Origin: a phage
Reading direction: 5' to 3' (one strand)
Length of the DNA: 64,000 nucleotides
Sequence record: PZ452582.1
A program made the position numbers and the translations under genes. Numbering within the stretch: position 1 is the stretch's first letter; every line of letters starts with the position of its first letter. This document shows positions 47,356-57,227 of this stretch, piece by piece. The notes under the pieces are model-generated. The model saw nothing but the letters and a program-made list of their open reading frames with translations. It ran no database searches and was not told the DNA's origin.

Positions 47356-48096
47356 ATGATTAGTGACTCTATGACAGTTGAAGAAATCCGTCTTCATTTG
47401 GGGCTTGCATTAAAAGAAAAAGATTTCGTAGTTGATAAAACCGGTGTTAAAACTATTGAAATTATTGGCGCATCATTTGTAGCAGATGAACCGTTTATTT
47501 TTGGTGCTCTTAATGATGAATACATTCAGCGTGAACTTGAATGGTATAAATCTAAGAGCTTGTTCGTTAAAGATATTCCAGGTGAAACACCGAAGATTTG
47601 GCAACAAGTAGCATCTTCTAAAGGCGAAATTAACTCGAACTATGGTTGGGCTATTTGGTCAGAAGATAACTATGCCCAGTATGATATGTGTTTAGCTGAA
47701 CTTGGTCAAAATCCTGATTCTCGACGTGGTATCATGATTTATACTCGTCCATCCATGCAATTTGACTACAATAAAGATGGTATGTCAGATTTCATGTGTA
47801 CTAATACAGTACAGTACCTGATTCGTGATAAGAAAGTCAATGCAGTAGTAAGCATGCGCTCAAATGACGTGGTCTTCGGATTCCGTAATGATTATGCATG
47901 GCAAAAATACGTATTAGATAAATTAGTATCTGATTTGAATGCCGGCGATTCATCTCGTCAGTATAAAGCAGGTTCTATTATATGGAATGTCGGAAGTCTT
48001 CATGTATATTCTCGTCATTTTTACTTGGTTGATCATTGGTGGAATACTGGCGAAACTCATATTGTGAAAAAAGACTATAAAGGTGAGTGGAAATGA
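47356..48096 (+). CDS. 42: dCMP hydroxymethylase gp42
   Basis: 246 aa thymidylate-synthase-like fold; position between imm and glycosyltransferase. Confidence 0.95.
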   Translation: MISDSMTVEEIRLHLGLALKEKDFVVDKTGVKTIEIIGASFVADEPFIFGALNDEYIQRELEWYKSKSLFVKDIPGETPKIWQQVASSKGEINSNYGWAIWSEDNYAQYDMCLAELGQNPDSRRGIMIYTRPSMQFDYNKDGMSDFMCTNTVQYLIRDKKVNAVVSMRSNDVVFGFRNDYAWQKYVLDKLVSDLNAGDSSRQYKAGSIIWNVGSLHVYSRHFYLVDHWWNTGETHIVKKDYKGEWK

Positions 48097-48935
48097 TTCA
48101 ATTCGTAATTCCAAGTTATCAGCGTGTCAGGGCAGTTTCTGCCCTTGATATGTTTCCGACTGATTATGAACCGCATATTGTAGTGCGTGAACATGAAGAA
48201 AAAGCTTATCATGACGCTTATGGGTCTAGAGCTAAAATTATAACTATTCCTGATGATGTAAACGGAATTGCCGGTACTCGTAAAGCAATTACCGATATAT
48301 ATGCAGGTCAACGAATCTGGATGATTGACGATGATACTACTATTCGTATGAGTTCAATGCGAAAAAGAGATGATCGTCGTTGCGTAGATAAAGTCAATCA
48401 ATTGACTCGTGAACAGTTCTATGAATTGATTCAATATGTTGAGGATGCCATGGATTGCGGGTATTATCATGGCCATGCTCGTCTACCTATTTTTAAAATT
48501 ACTTCATCTTGGGGTAATTATCGTGAAAATTCATATGGATTCACGAATACATGGTATGACCTCGGAAAACTTACGACAGAACAAATTGGGTATGGAAAAA
48601 TTGATTTATGCGAAGATATGTATGCATTTCTCAATTTAATTAATCAAGGTTATCCGCATTTGGCCTTGTTCAAATATCTAGTTGTATCTGGAAAAGCACA
48701 AGCTCCTGGCGGGTGCAGTTCAATTCGTAGTAATTCTAAACATAATAGAGCGCTTGAGCAGATTAATAGAGAGTTTCCAGAGCAAGCTCGTTGGAAAACT
48801 TCTAATATTGAAAAACGAAAATCGTTGGGTGAAGAAGACGAACCATTAAAGGTTCTTCGCATGTGCGTTTCACGTAAAGAAAAATCAGAAGCATTTCATA
48901 AGTTTAATGCTATTCATCCAATAGCAGTTGATTAA
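48093..48935 (+). CDS. GT-A fold glycosyltransferase (DxD motif) at the T4 beta-gt position; not T4 beta-gt
   Basis: WMIDDDTT DxD motif; ATGA-coupled to gene 42; 280 aa vs 351 aa for T4 beta-gt. Confidence 0.6.
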   Translation: MIQFVIPSYQRVRAVSALDMFPTDYEPHIVVREHEEKAYHDAYGSRAKIITIPDDVNGIAGTRKAITDIYAGQRIWMIDDDTTIRMSSMRKRDDRRCVDKVNQLTREQFYELIQYVEDAMDCGYYHGHARLPIFKITSSWGNYRENSYGFTNTWYDLGKLTTEQIGYGKIDLCEDMYAFLNLINQGYPHLALFKYLVVSGKAQAPGGCSSIRSNSKHNRALEQINREFPEQARWKTSNIEKRKSLGEEDEPLKVLRMCVSRKEKSEAFHKFNAIHPIAVD

Positions 48936-49012
48936 TGCCTAAATTTATTGTGTTATAATTACTCTATCTTTAACCAGTGAGGAAAATATAATGATGCCTA
49001 TGGAAAAAATGA

Positions 49013-50194
49013 ATGTCTATTGCAGATTTAAAATCCCGTTTGATTAAAGCTTCCACTTCTAAAATGACTGCTGAACTGACTACATCTAAATTCTTTAATG
49101 AAAAGGATGTAATTCGTACAAAAATTCCAATGCTTAATATTGCTATTTCTGGTGCGATTGATGGCGGCATGCAGTCTGGTTTAACTATTTTCGCAGGGCC
49201 TTCTAAACACTTTAAATCAAATATGTCTTTGACTATGGTTGCGGCATATTTGAACAAATATCCTGACGCGGTTTGTCTATTCTATGATAGTGAATTTGGT
49301 ATTACTCCAGCTTATTTGCGATCCATGGGAGTTGACCCGGAACGAGTAATTCATACGCCGATTCAGTCAGTTGAACAGCTGAAAATTGATATGGTGAACC
49401 AGCTTGAAGCTATTGAGCGTGGTGAAAAGGTTATTGTATTCATCGACTCAATTGGTAATATGGCTTCTAAGAAAGAAACGGAAGATGCCTTGAATGAAAA
49501 ATCTGTGGCAGATATGACTCGTGCTAAATCACTGAAGTCATTATTCCGTATTGTTACTCCTTACTTTAGCATTAAAAATATTCCATGTGTTGCGGTTAAC
49601 CATACAATTGAAACAATTGAAATGTTTAGTAAAACCGTGATGACAGGTGGTACAGGCGTAATGTATTCGGCTGATACTGTATTCATTATCGGTAAGCGTC
49701 AGATTAAAGATGGTTCTGATCTTCAGGGGTATCAATTTGTTCTAAATGTAGAAAAATCTCGTACCGTTAAAGAAAAAAGTAAATTCTTTATTGATGTTAA
49801 ATTTGACGGTGGTATCGATCCTTATTCTGGATTGTTAGATATGGCTCTAGAATTAGGATTTGTAGTAAAACCTAAAAATGGTTGGTATGCTCGTGAATTT
49901 CTTGACGAAGAAACCGGCGAGATGATTCGCGAAGAAAAATCTTGGCGTGCAAAAGATACTAACTGCACTACATTCTGGGGTCCTTTATTTAAGCATCAAC
50001 CATTCCGAGATGCTATTAAGCGTGCTTATCAGTTAGGTGCTATTGATAGTAATGAAATTGTTGAAGCGGAAGTTGATGAATTAATTAACTCAAAGGTTGA
50101 AAAATTTAAATCCTCAGAAAGTAAAAGTAAATCAGCAGCTGATTTAGAAACTGACCTCGAGCAGTTAAGTGATATGGAAGAATTTAATGAATAA
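49013..50194 (+). CDS. uvsX: recombinase UvsX (RecA-like)
   Basis: 393 aa, near-identical to recalled T4 UvsX over most of its length. Confidence 0.95.
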   Translation: MSIADLKSRLIKASTSKMTAELTTSKFFNEKDVIRTKIPMLNIAISGAIDGGMQSGLTIFAGPSKHFKSNMSLTMVAAYLNKYPDAVCLFYDSEFGITPAYLRSMGVDPERVIHTPIQSVEQLKIDMVNQLEAIERGEKVIVFIDSIGNMASKKETEDALNEKSVADMTRAKSLKSLFRIVTPYFSIKNIPCVAVNHTIETIEMFSKTVMTGGTGVMYSADTVFIIGKRQIKDGSDLQGYQFVLNVEKSRTVKEKSKFFIDVKFDGGIDPYSGLLDMALELGFVVKPKNGWYAREFLDEETGEMIREEKSWRAKDTNCTTFWGPLFKHQPFRDAIKRAYQLGAIDSNEIVEAEVDELINSKVEKFKSSESKSKSAADLETDLEQLSDMEEFNE

Positions 50195-50531
50195 AGATGA
50201 TTTAGATTTAGATCTAGAAATTATCGATGAATCCCCCTCTTCGGAGGGGGAAGAAGAAAGAAAAGAACGTCTTTTTAATGAATCTCTTAAGATAATTAAA
50301 TCTGCCATGGAAAATGTTATCCAGGAGATTGTCATTAAACTAGAAGATGGTTCTACACATATAGTGTATGTAACTAAACTGGATTGGGTTGATGGAAAGG
50401 TTGTAATGGACTTTGCTGTTCTTGACCAAGAAAGAAAAGCTGAGTTAGCTCCTCATGTAGAAAAATGTATTACAATGCAACTACAAGATGCATTTAATAA
50501 AAGGTCAAAGAAAAAGTTTAAATTCTTTTAA
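50187..50531 (+). CDS. 40: gp40-like head assembly protein (114 aa)
   Basis: Position between uvsX and 41; acidic N-terminus; ATG 50187 overlapping uvsX end. Confidence 0.6.
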   Translation: MNKDDLDLDLEIIDESPSSEGEEERKERLFNESLKIIKSAMENVIQEIVIKLEDGSTHIVYVTKLDWVDGKVVMDFAVLDQERKAELAPHVEKCITMQLQDAFNKRSKKKFKFF

Positions 50532-50540
50532 GGAGTAAGT

Positions 50541-51968
50541 GTGGTAGAAATTATTCTTTCTCATCTTATATTTGATCAAGCTTATTTTTCAAAAGTTTGG
50601 CCATATATGGATTCAGAATATTTTGAAAGTGGTCCAGCTAAAAATACATTCAAATTAATTAAATCTCATGTCAACGAGTACCATAGCGTTCCATCTATTA
50701 ATGCGTTAAATGTTGCATTAGAAAATAGTTCATTTACTGAAACAGAATATTCTGGTGTAAAAACACTTATTTCAAAACTGGCTGATTCTCCAGAAGACCA
50801 CAGCTGGTTAGTAAAAGAAACAGAAAAATATGTTCAGCAAAGGGCGATGTTTAATGCTACGTCTAAAATAATCGAAATTCAAACTAATGCTGAGCTTCCT
50901 CCGGAAAAACGAAATAAGAAAATGCCGGATGTTGGTGCTATTCCTGACATCATGCGGCAAGCATTATCTATTTCATTTGATAGTTACGTTGGTCATGATT
51001 GGATGGATGACTATGAAGCACGTTGGCTATCTTATATGAATAAAGCTCGTAAAGTTCCATTTAAACTCAGAATTCTAAACAAAATTACTAAAGGCGGAGC
51101 TGAAACAGGAACACTGAACGTTTTAATGGCTGGCGTTAACGTTGGTAAATCATTAGGATTGTGTTCATTAGCGGCAGATTATTTACAGCTCGGACATAAT
51201 GTTCTTTACATTTCCATGGAAATGGCAGAAGAAGTCTGTGCTAAGCGTATTGACGCTAACATGCTTGATGTTTCTCTTGATGACATTGATGATGGGCATA
51301 TTTCTTACGCTGAATATAAAGGAAAAATGGAAAAATGGCGTGAGAAATCTACCCTTGGTCGTTTAATCGTTAAGCAATATCCTACTGGTGGAGCAGACGC
51401 TAATACATTTCGATCACTTTTAAATGAATTAAAGCTCAAGAAGAATTTTGTTCCAACAATCATTATTGTCGACTATCTAGGTATTTGTAAATCTTGCCGC
51501 ATTAGAGTTTATTCAGAAAATAGTTACACAACTGTTAAAGCTATCGCAGAGGAATTGCGTGCTCTGGCTGTTGAAACCGAAACTGTTCTTTGGACTGCAG
51601 CACAGGTTGGTAAACAAGCTTGGGACTCTTCCGATGTTAACATGAGCGATATTGCAGAATCTGCTGGTCTTCCAGCAACAGCTGATTTTATGCTTGCGGT
51701 CATTGAAACCGAGGAGCTAGCAGCTGCTGAACAACAACTCATTAAGCAAATCAAATCACGATATGGTGATAAGAATAAGTGGAATAAGTTTTTGATGGGT
51801 GTTCAAAAAGGAAATCAAAAATGGGTAGAAATTGAACAAGATTCTACTCCAACTGAAGTGAGTGAAGTAGCAGGTTCACAACAGATTCAGGCTGAGCAGA
51901 ATCGCTATCAAAGAAATGAATCCACTCGAGCTCAGTTAGATGCTTTGGCAAATGAATTAAAATTTTAG
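50541..51968 (+). CDS. 41: replicative DNA helicase gp41 (DnaB-like)
   Basis: GTG start with SD aaggag; Walker A GVNVGKS; 475 aa. Confidence 0.95.
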   Translation: MVEIILSHLIFDQAYFSKVWPYMDSEYFESGPAKNTFKLIKSHVNEYHSVPSINALNVALENSSFTETEYSGVKTLISKLADSPEDHSWLVKETEKYVQQRAMFNATSKIIEIQTNAELPPEKRNKKMPDVGAIPDIMRQALSISFDSYVGHDWMDDYEARWLSYMNKARKVPFKLRILNKITKGGAETGTLNVLMAGVNVGKSLGLCSLAADYLQLGHNVLYISMEMAEEVCAKRIDANMLDVSLDDIDDGHISYAEYKGKMEKWREKSTLGRLIVKQYPTGGADANTFRSLLNELKLKKNFVPTIIIVDYLGICKSCRIRVYSENSYTTVKAIAEELRALAVETETVLWTAAQVGKQAWDSSDVNMSDIAESAGLPATADFMLAVIETEELAAAEQQLIKQIKSRYGDKNKWNKFLMGVQKGNQKWVEIEQDSTPTEVSEVAGSQQIQAEQNRYQRNESTRAQLDALANELKF

Positions 51969-51997
51969 TTTACAAGCTGACAAGACTATGGTATAGT
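51969..51997 (+). promoter_or_regulatory. early promoter (TTTACA-17-TATAGT) with inverted repeat caagacta/tagtcttg
   Basis: GTTTAC motif; inverted repeat 51981-52003 around the -10. Confidence 0.6.
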
Positions 51998-52026
51998 AGT
52001 CTTGTTGGTTAAATGAGGAGATTGTT

Positions 52027-52209
52027 ATGGAATTGGTAAAGGTAGTTTTTATGGGGTGGTTTAAGAATGAAAGCATGTTTACTAAAGAAACCACAATGAT
52101 GAAAGATGACGTTCAATGGGCTACTACTCAATATGCTGAAGTTAATAAAGCATTAGTTAAAGCTTTCATTGATGACAAGAAAGTATGTGAAGTAGATTGC
52201 CGAGGATAA
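52027..52209 (+). CDS. dmd: Dmd-like antitoxin (T4 61.5)
   Basis: 60 aa, near-identical to recalled T4 Dmd (MELVKVVFMGWFKNESMF...). Confidence 0.8.
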   Translation: MELVKVVFMGWFKNESMFTKETTMMKDDVQWATTQYAEVNKALVKAFIDDKKVCEVDCRG

Positions 52210-52210
52210 T

Positions 52211-52468
52211 ATGCATATTGTTTTATTTAAACCTACTCCGTATAACGTCAGGAAAAATACGCAATTCAAAGCACTTATTGCAGATACGTGGGAATTGGTG
52301 CTAGATATTCCAACAGAAGAAAGTCCTCCATTTGGTCGAGTGGAATTTATTAAGTTTGCTGTACGTCCTACGAAGAGGCAGATTCGTCAGTGTAAAAGGT
52401 ATTTTCGTAAAATCGTCAAGTTAGAGAAACAGTTTGTAACATGTGATTATGCAGAAGTTTTAAAATAG
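52211..52468 (+). CDS. T4 61.4-like small protein (85 aa)
   Basis: Position and size match T4 61.4 (reported as ToxN inhibitor TifA, from memory). Confidence 0.5.
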   Translation: MHIVLFKPTPYNVRKNTQFKALIADTWELVLDIPTEESPPFGRVEFIKFAVRPTKRQIRQCKRYFRKIVKLEKQFVTCDYAEVLK

Positions 52469-52471
52469 CTG

Positions 52472-52500
52472 TTTACTTTTGTTGGAAATTGAGATACTAT
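52472..52500 (+). promoter_or_regulatory. early promoter (TTTACT-17-TACTAT)
   Basis: GTTTAC motif. Confidence 0.6.
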
Positions 52501-52528
52501 ATAAACATAAACTACTGAGGAGATTATC

Positions 52529-52822
52529 ATGAAAAAATTTATCTTTGCTGCAATTTTTGCTTTAGCTTCTTGTGCTGCTCAGCCTGCTATGGCAGGTTAT
52601 GATAAAGATTTGTGTGAATGGTCTATGACTGCGGATCAGACTGAAGTTGAAACTCAAATTGAAGCGGATATTATGAATATCGTTGAGCGCGATCGTCCTG
52701 AAATGAAAGCTGAAGTGCAAAAACAGCTTAAGTCTGGTGGTGTAATGCAGTATAATTATGTTCTGTATTGCGATAAAAACTTTAATAACAAAAATATCGT
52801 AACCGAAATCACAGGTGAATAA
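52529..52822 (+). CDS. sp: spackle-like periplasmic protein (T4 sp / 61.3)
   Basis: 97 aa with signal peptide MKKFIFAAIFALASCAAQPAMA; matches T4 Sp size and position. Confidence 0.7.
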   Translation: MKKFIFAAIFALASCAAQPAMAGYDKDLCEWSMTADQTEVETQIEADIMNIVERDRPEMKAEVQKQLKSGGVMQYNYVLYCDKNFNNKNIVTEITGE

Positions 52823-53456
52823 TATGATTTATTATATGCACAAAAATCCACCGTTTAAATACGGTAAATTTCCTGATGCACAATGTTATAATATAACGCC
52901 TGATGAAAATAACCGTGGATATCTTATTGGCACAATTTTTGTAATTGTTAAAGATAACGAAATCGTTGCCTGGGCAGATTTTAAAGGTACAACACATGAT
53001 GTTAATCCGGTGCCTTTCACATATTACAATATAATGGATTTGGCATATGATTATAATTGGTTTAATCATGACACGTTGGCTCATATTGAAGGTGTAGGAT
53101 TTGACATCTCTTATTCTAGCTACTCATTGTGTCCTATGAGTCGGGCTCATAAAGAACCTGAATATTTTTCATTTAGGAAACGTGTAAACTTTAAACGCAA
53201 CACAGAGTATGTCGGTGGAATATTTGTTAAAGATAATCGAATTATTCGTATTAATTATCCTTTGAGCGTTAGTCAAAAAGATATTGATGTTGATTTAGAT
53301 TTCACTGAAAATAATATTAATCATATTGCTTCTGTGTATTTTGGTATCGATCACAAAATTGTAATATGTGGATATGAATTACCGTTTGAAGAACAGCCTA
53401 AAGTAAATGTTTCTATTGATGACCAAATTTTTAATGCTTTTATGAATAAAGGTTAA
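52815..53456 (+). CDS. T4 61.2-like protein (213 aa)
   Basis: Position and size match T4 61.2 (reported anti-DarT factor AdfA family, from memory). Confidence 0.5.
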   Translation: MNNMIYYMHKNPPFKYGKFPDAQCYNITPDENNRGYLIGTIFVIVKDNEIVAWADFKGTTHDVNPVPFTYYNIMDLAYDYNWFNHDTLAHIEGVGFDISYSSYSLCPMSRAHKEPEYFSFRKRVNFKRNTEYVGGIFVKDNRIIRINYPLSVSQKDIDVDLDFTENNINHIASVYFGIDHKIVICGYELPFEEQPKVNVSIDDQIFNAFMNKG

Positions 53457-53460
53457 TATG
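53409..53460 (+). repeat. direct repeat copy 1 (gene 3' end plus next start), repeated at 53767-53818
   Basis: tctattgatgaccaaatttttaatgcttttatgaata(a/g)aggttaatatg. Confidence 0.8.
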
Positions 53461-53814
53461 TATAGTTCTGAATTTTCATATTTAAAAATGGAAAAAATTT
53501 CATACGATTTTATAGATGAAAAGGTTTATTACAGTTTCCATGAACCACGTTTTAATAGTGAGGTTGGGTTTATTGTAGTAAAAGACAATTTTATTTTAAA
53601 AATATATTCAGCATTAAAGGATTTTCATTACGAAAATATTAACCTAAAATTTAATAAAGAAAACGTTCGTAATTGCGCAGTAACAATTACGGGAAATAAA
53701 GGTACATGTGTTATGCTATCTGATGAAATTAATGATTTGCTAAATGATGCAGAAAATATTACTGCACCATCTATTGATGACCAAATTTTTAATGCTTTTA
53801 TGAATAGAGGTTAA
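53458..53814 (+). CDS. T4 61.1-like protein (118 aa)
   Basis: C-terminal SIDDQIFNAFMNRG duplicates the tail of the upstream gene. Confidence 0.5.
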   Translation: MYSSEFSYLKMEKISYDFIDEKVYYSFHEPRFNSEVGFIVVKDNFILKIYSALKDFHYENINLKFNKENVRNCAVTITGNKGTCVMLSDEINDLLNDAENITAPSIDDQIFNAFMNRG

Positions 53815-53818
53815 TATG
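53767..53818 (+). repeat. direct repeat copy 2
   Basis: Near-identical to 53409-53460. Confidence 0.8.
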
Positions 53819-53980
53819 AAAACATATAAAGAATTTATCAAAGAAGATATGGTCGCTGGAGATTCAGGTGGTAGTCCTGAAAATATCTCTACTGGAACAA
53901 CGTCAGGCGCTGTAGTAAATAAAGGTCCTGAACAGATTCCTAAAAAGAAAAAAGAGGAATCTAAAGAAAAAGAAGAGTAA
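53816..53980 (+). CDS. small Lys/Glu-rich protein (54 aa) with CTS-like N-terminus
   Basis: MKTYKEFIKE matches the T4 internal-protein capsid targeting sequence; stop 3 nt before gene 61 ATG. Confidence 0.45.
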   Translation: MKTYKEFIKEDMVAGDSGGSPENISTGTTSGAVVNKGPEQIPKKKKEESKEKEE

Positions 53981-53983
53981 AGA

Positions 53984-55012
53984 ATGTCATCAATACCTTG
54001 GATTGATAATGAGTTTGCATACCGTGCATTAGCTCATTTACCTAAATTCACACAAGTAAATAATAGTTCAACTTTTAAATTACGGTTTAGATGCCCTGTT
54101 TGTGGAGATTCAAAAACCGACCAAAATAAAGCCCGTGGATGGTATTATGGTGATAATAATGAAGGAAATATTCATTGTTATAACTGTAACTATCATGCAC
54201 CAATCGGAATATATTTAAAGGAGTTTGAACCTGATTTATATCGTGAGTATATCTTTGAAATAAGAAAAGAAAAAGGTAAAAGTCGTCCAGTAGAAAAACC
54301 TAAAGAACTTCCTAAACAACTTGAGAAGAAAATAATTAAATCTCTTCCGTCATGTGTTAGATTAGATAAACTGGCGGAAGACCATCCAATTATAAAATAT
54401 GTAAAAGCTCGTTGTATTCCAAAGGATAAATGGAAATATCTTTGGTTTACAACCGAATGGCCTAAATTAGTTAATAGCATAGCACCGGGAACATATAAAA
54501 AGGAAATACCTGAGCCTCGTCTTGTTATTCCAATTTATAATGCTAATGGAAAAGCTGAGTCTTTTCAAGGACGTGCATTAAAGAAAGATGCTCCCCAAAA
54601 ATATATCACCATCAAAGCTTATCCTGAAGCAACAAAAATCTATGGAGTCGAACGAGTTAAAGATGGTGATGTATATGTTCTAGAAGGACCTATAGATTCA
54701 CTTTTTATTGAAAATGGTATAGCTATTACGGGTGGTCAATTAGACCTAGAAGTTGTTCCATTTAAAGATAGACGTGTGTGGGTTTTAGATAATGAACCTC
54801 GTCATCCTGACACTATTAAGCGAATGACTAAATTAGTTGATGCAGGAGAAAGGGTTATGTTTTGGGATAAATCTCCCTGGAAATCAAAAGATGTTAATGA
54901 TATGATTAGAAAGGAAGGTGCAACCCCTGAACAAATTATGGAATATATGAAAAATAATATTGCACAGGGGTTGATGGCTAAAATGCGGCTATCTAAATAT
55001 GCCAAGATTTAA
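53984..55012 (+). CDS. 61: DNA primase gp61
   Basis: 342 aa; N-terminal zinc finger CPVCGDS...CYNC; Toprim-like core. Confidence 0.95.
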   Translation: MSSIPWIDNEFAYRALAHLPKFTQVNNSSTFKLRFRCPVCGDSKTDQNKARGWYYGDNNEGNIHCYNCNYHAPIGIYLKEFEPDLYREYIFEIRKEKGKSRPVEKPKELPKQLEKKIIKSLPSCVRLDKLAEDHPIIKYVKARCIPKDKWKYLWFTTEWPKLVNSIAPGTYKKEIPEPRLVIPIYNANGKAESFQGRALKKDAPQKYITIKAYPEATKIYGVERVKDGDVYVLEGPIDSLFIENGIAITGGQLDLEVVPFKDRRVWVLDNEPRHPDTIKRMTKLVDAGERVMFWDKSPWKSKDVNDMIRKEGATPEQIMEYMKNNIAQGLMAKMRLSKYAKI

Positions 55013-55209
55013 ATTAACCCAACTAAAGCAAATGCTAGATCTACGAATGTATCAAGAGTAACCACTGGAATATTAATACCATGTGCAATTGCAATAGGTG
55101 ATAGAATAAAGTTCCAGAGTAAAATTCCTACCATAGCAGAAATAGTAAAAGCTATACGTTTTTTATTACCTTTTATGGCATTAACAAGTGCCATTAATTT
55201 TTGTACCAT
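55009..55209 (-). CDS. small membrane protein (66 aa) on the opposite strand
   Basis: Minus-strand ATG preceded by AAGGAGGA; hydrophobic helices; convergent with gene 61. Confidence 0.5.
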   Translation of the reverse strand: MVQKLMALVNAIKGNKKRIAFTISAMVGILLWNFILSPIAIAHGINIPVVTLDTFVDLAFALVGLI

Positions 55210-55254
55210 ATGTCCTCCTTTAAATTAATATTTATCACAAATTTCATAAATTTG

Positions 55255-55283
55255 TTTACTTTCTCAGCTTGTTATGGTATTAT
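55255..55283 (+). promoter_or_regulatory. early promoter (TTTACT-17-TATTAT)
   Basis: GTTTAC motif upstream of the 55309 ORF / dam operon. Confidence 0.6.
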
Positions 55284-55308
55284 AAAATAAATTGCTGAGG
55301 ATGATATA

Positions 55309-56648
<1,340 letters not shown>

Positions 56649-56649
56649 C

Positions 56650-56674
56650 TGCTTACATATTCAAATGATATAAT
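56650..56674 (+). promoter_or_regulatory. possible MotA-box middle promoter (TGCTTAC ... TATAAT)
   Basis: cTGCTTAca followed 13 bp later by TATAAT; box deviates from consensus. Confidence 0.35.
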
Positions 56675-56708
56675 TATTTAACTTATTAATGAATTGAAAG
56701 GAAAAATA

Positions 56709-57227
56709 ATGGCTCACTTTAATGAATGTGCTCATTTGATCGAAGGTGTTGATAAAGCAAATCGTGCATATGCTGAGAATATTATGCACAATATTGACCC
56801 ACTGCAGGTTATGCTTGACATGCAGCGGCATTTACAGATTCGTTTGGCTAATGATAAACCAGAAACAAATCGTCATCCTGATTCACTTGAAACTGCAGGA
56901 GAAGTTCTTGCTTGGTTGCGAAACCAAGACGATTATATCGCAGATGAAACCCGCGAGTTATATACTTCTCTTGGTGGTATGAGTAATGGCGAAAAAGAAG
57001 CTTCTGCTGTATGGAAACCTTGGAAGAAACGTTATTCTGAAATGCAATCCAAGAAAATTCAAGATTTATCTCCCGAAGATCAGCTTGAAATTAAATTTGA
57101 ACTTATTGACCAATTTCATTTTTTCATGAATAAATTTATTGCTCTTGGAATGTCAGCTGAAGAAATCTTTAAACTTTATTACCTGAAAAATGCTGAAAAC
57201 TTCGCTCGTCAAGACCGAGGTTATTAA
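56709..57227 (+). CDS. 56: dCTPase/dUTPase gp56 (MazG-like)
   Basis: 172 aa from ATG 56709 (SD aagga); matches recalled T4 gp56 N-terminus MAHFNECAHL. Confidence 0.9.
   Translation: MAHFNECAHLIEGVDKANRAYAENIMHNIDPLQVMLDMQRHLQIRLANDKPETNRHPDSLETAGEVLAWLRNQDDYIADETRELYTSLGGMSNGEKEASAVWKPWKKRYSEMQSKKIQDLSPEDQLEIKFELIDQFHFFMNKFIALGMSAEEIFKLYYLKNAENFARQDRGY

Noticed and set aside
51524-51754. Minus-strand ORF inside helicase gene 41
   Set aside because: Antisense to a conserved gene; Ala/Ser-rich artefact of the GC-richer coding strand.
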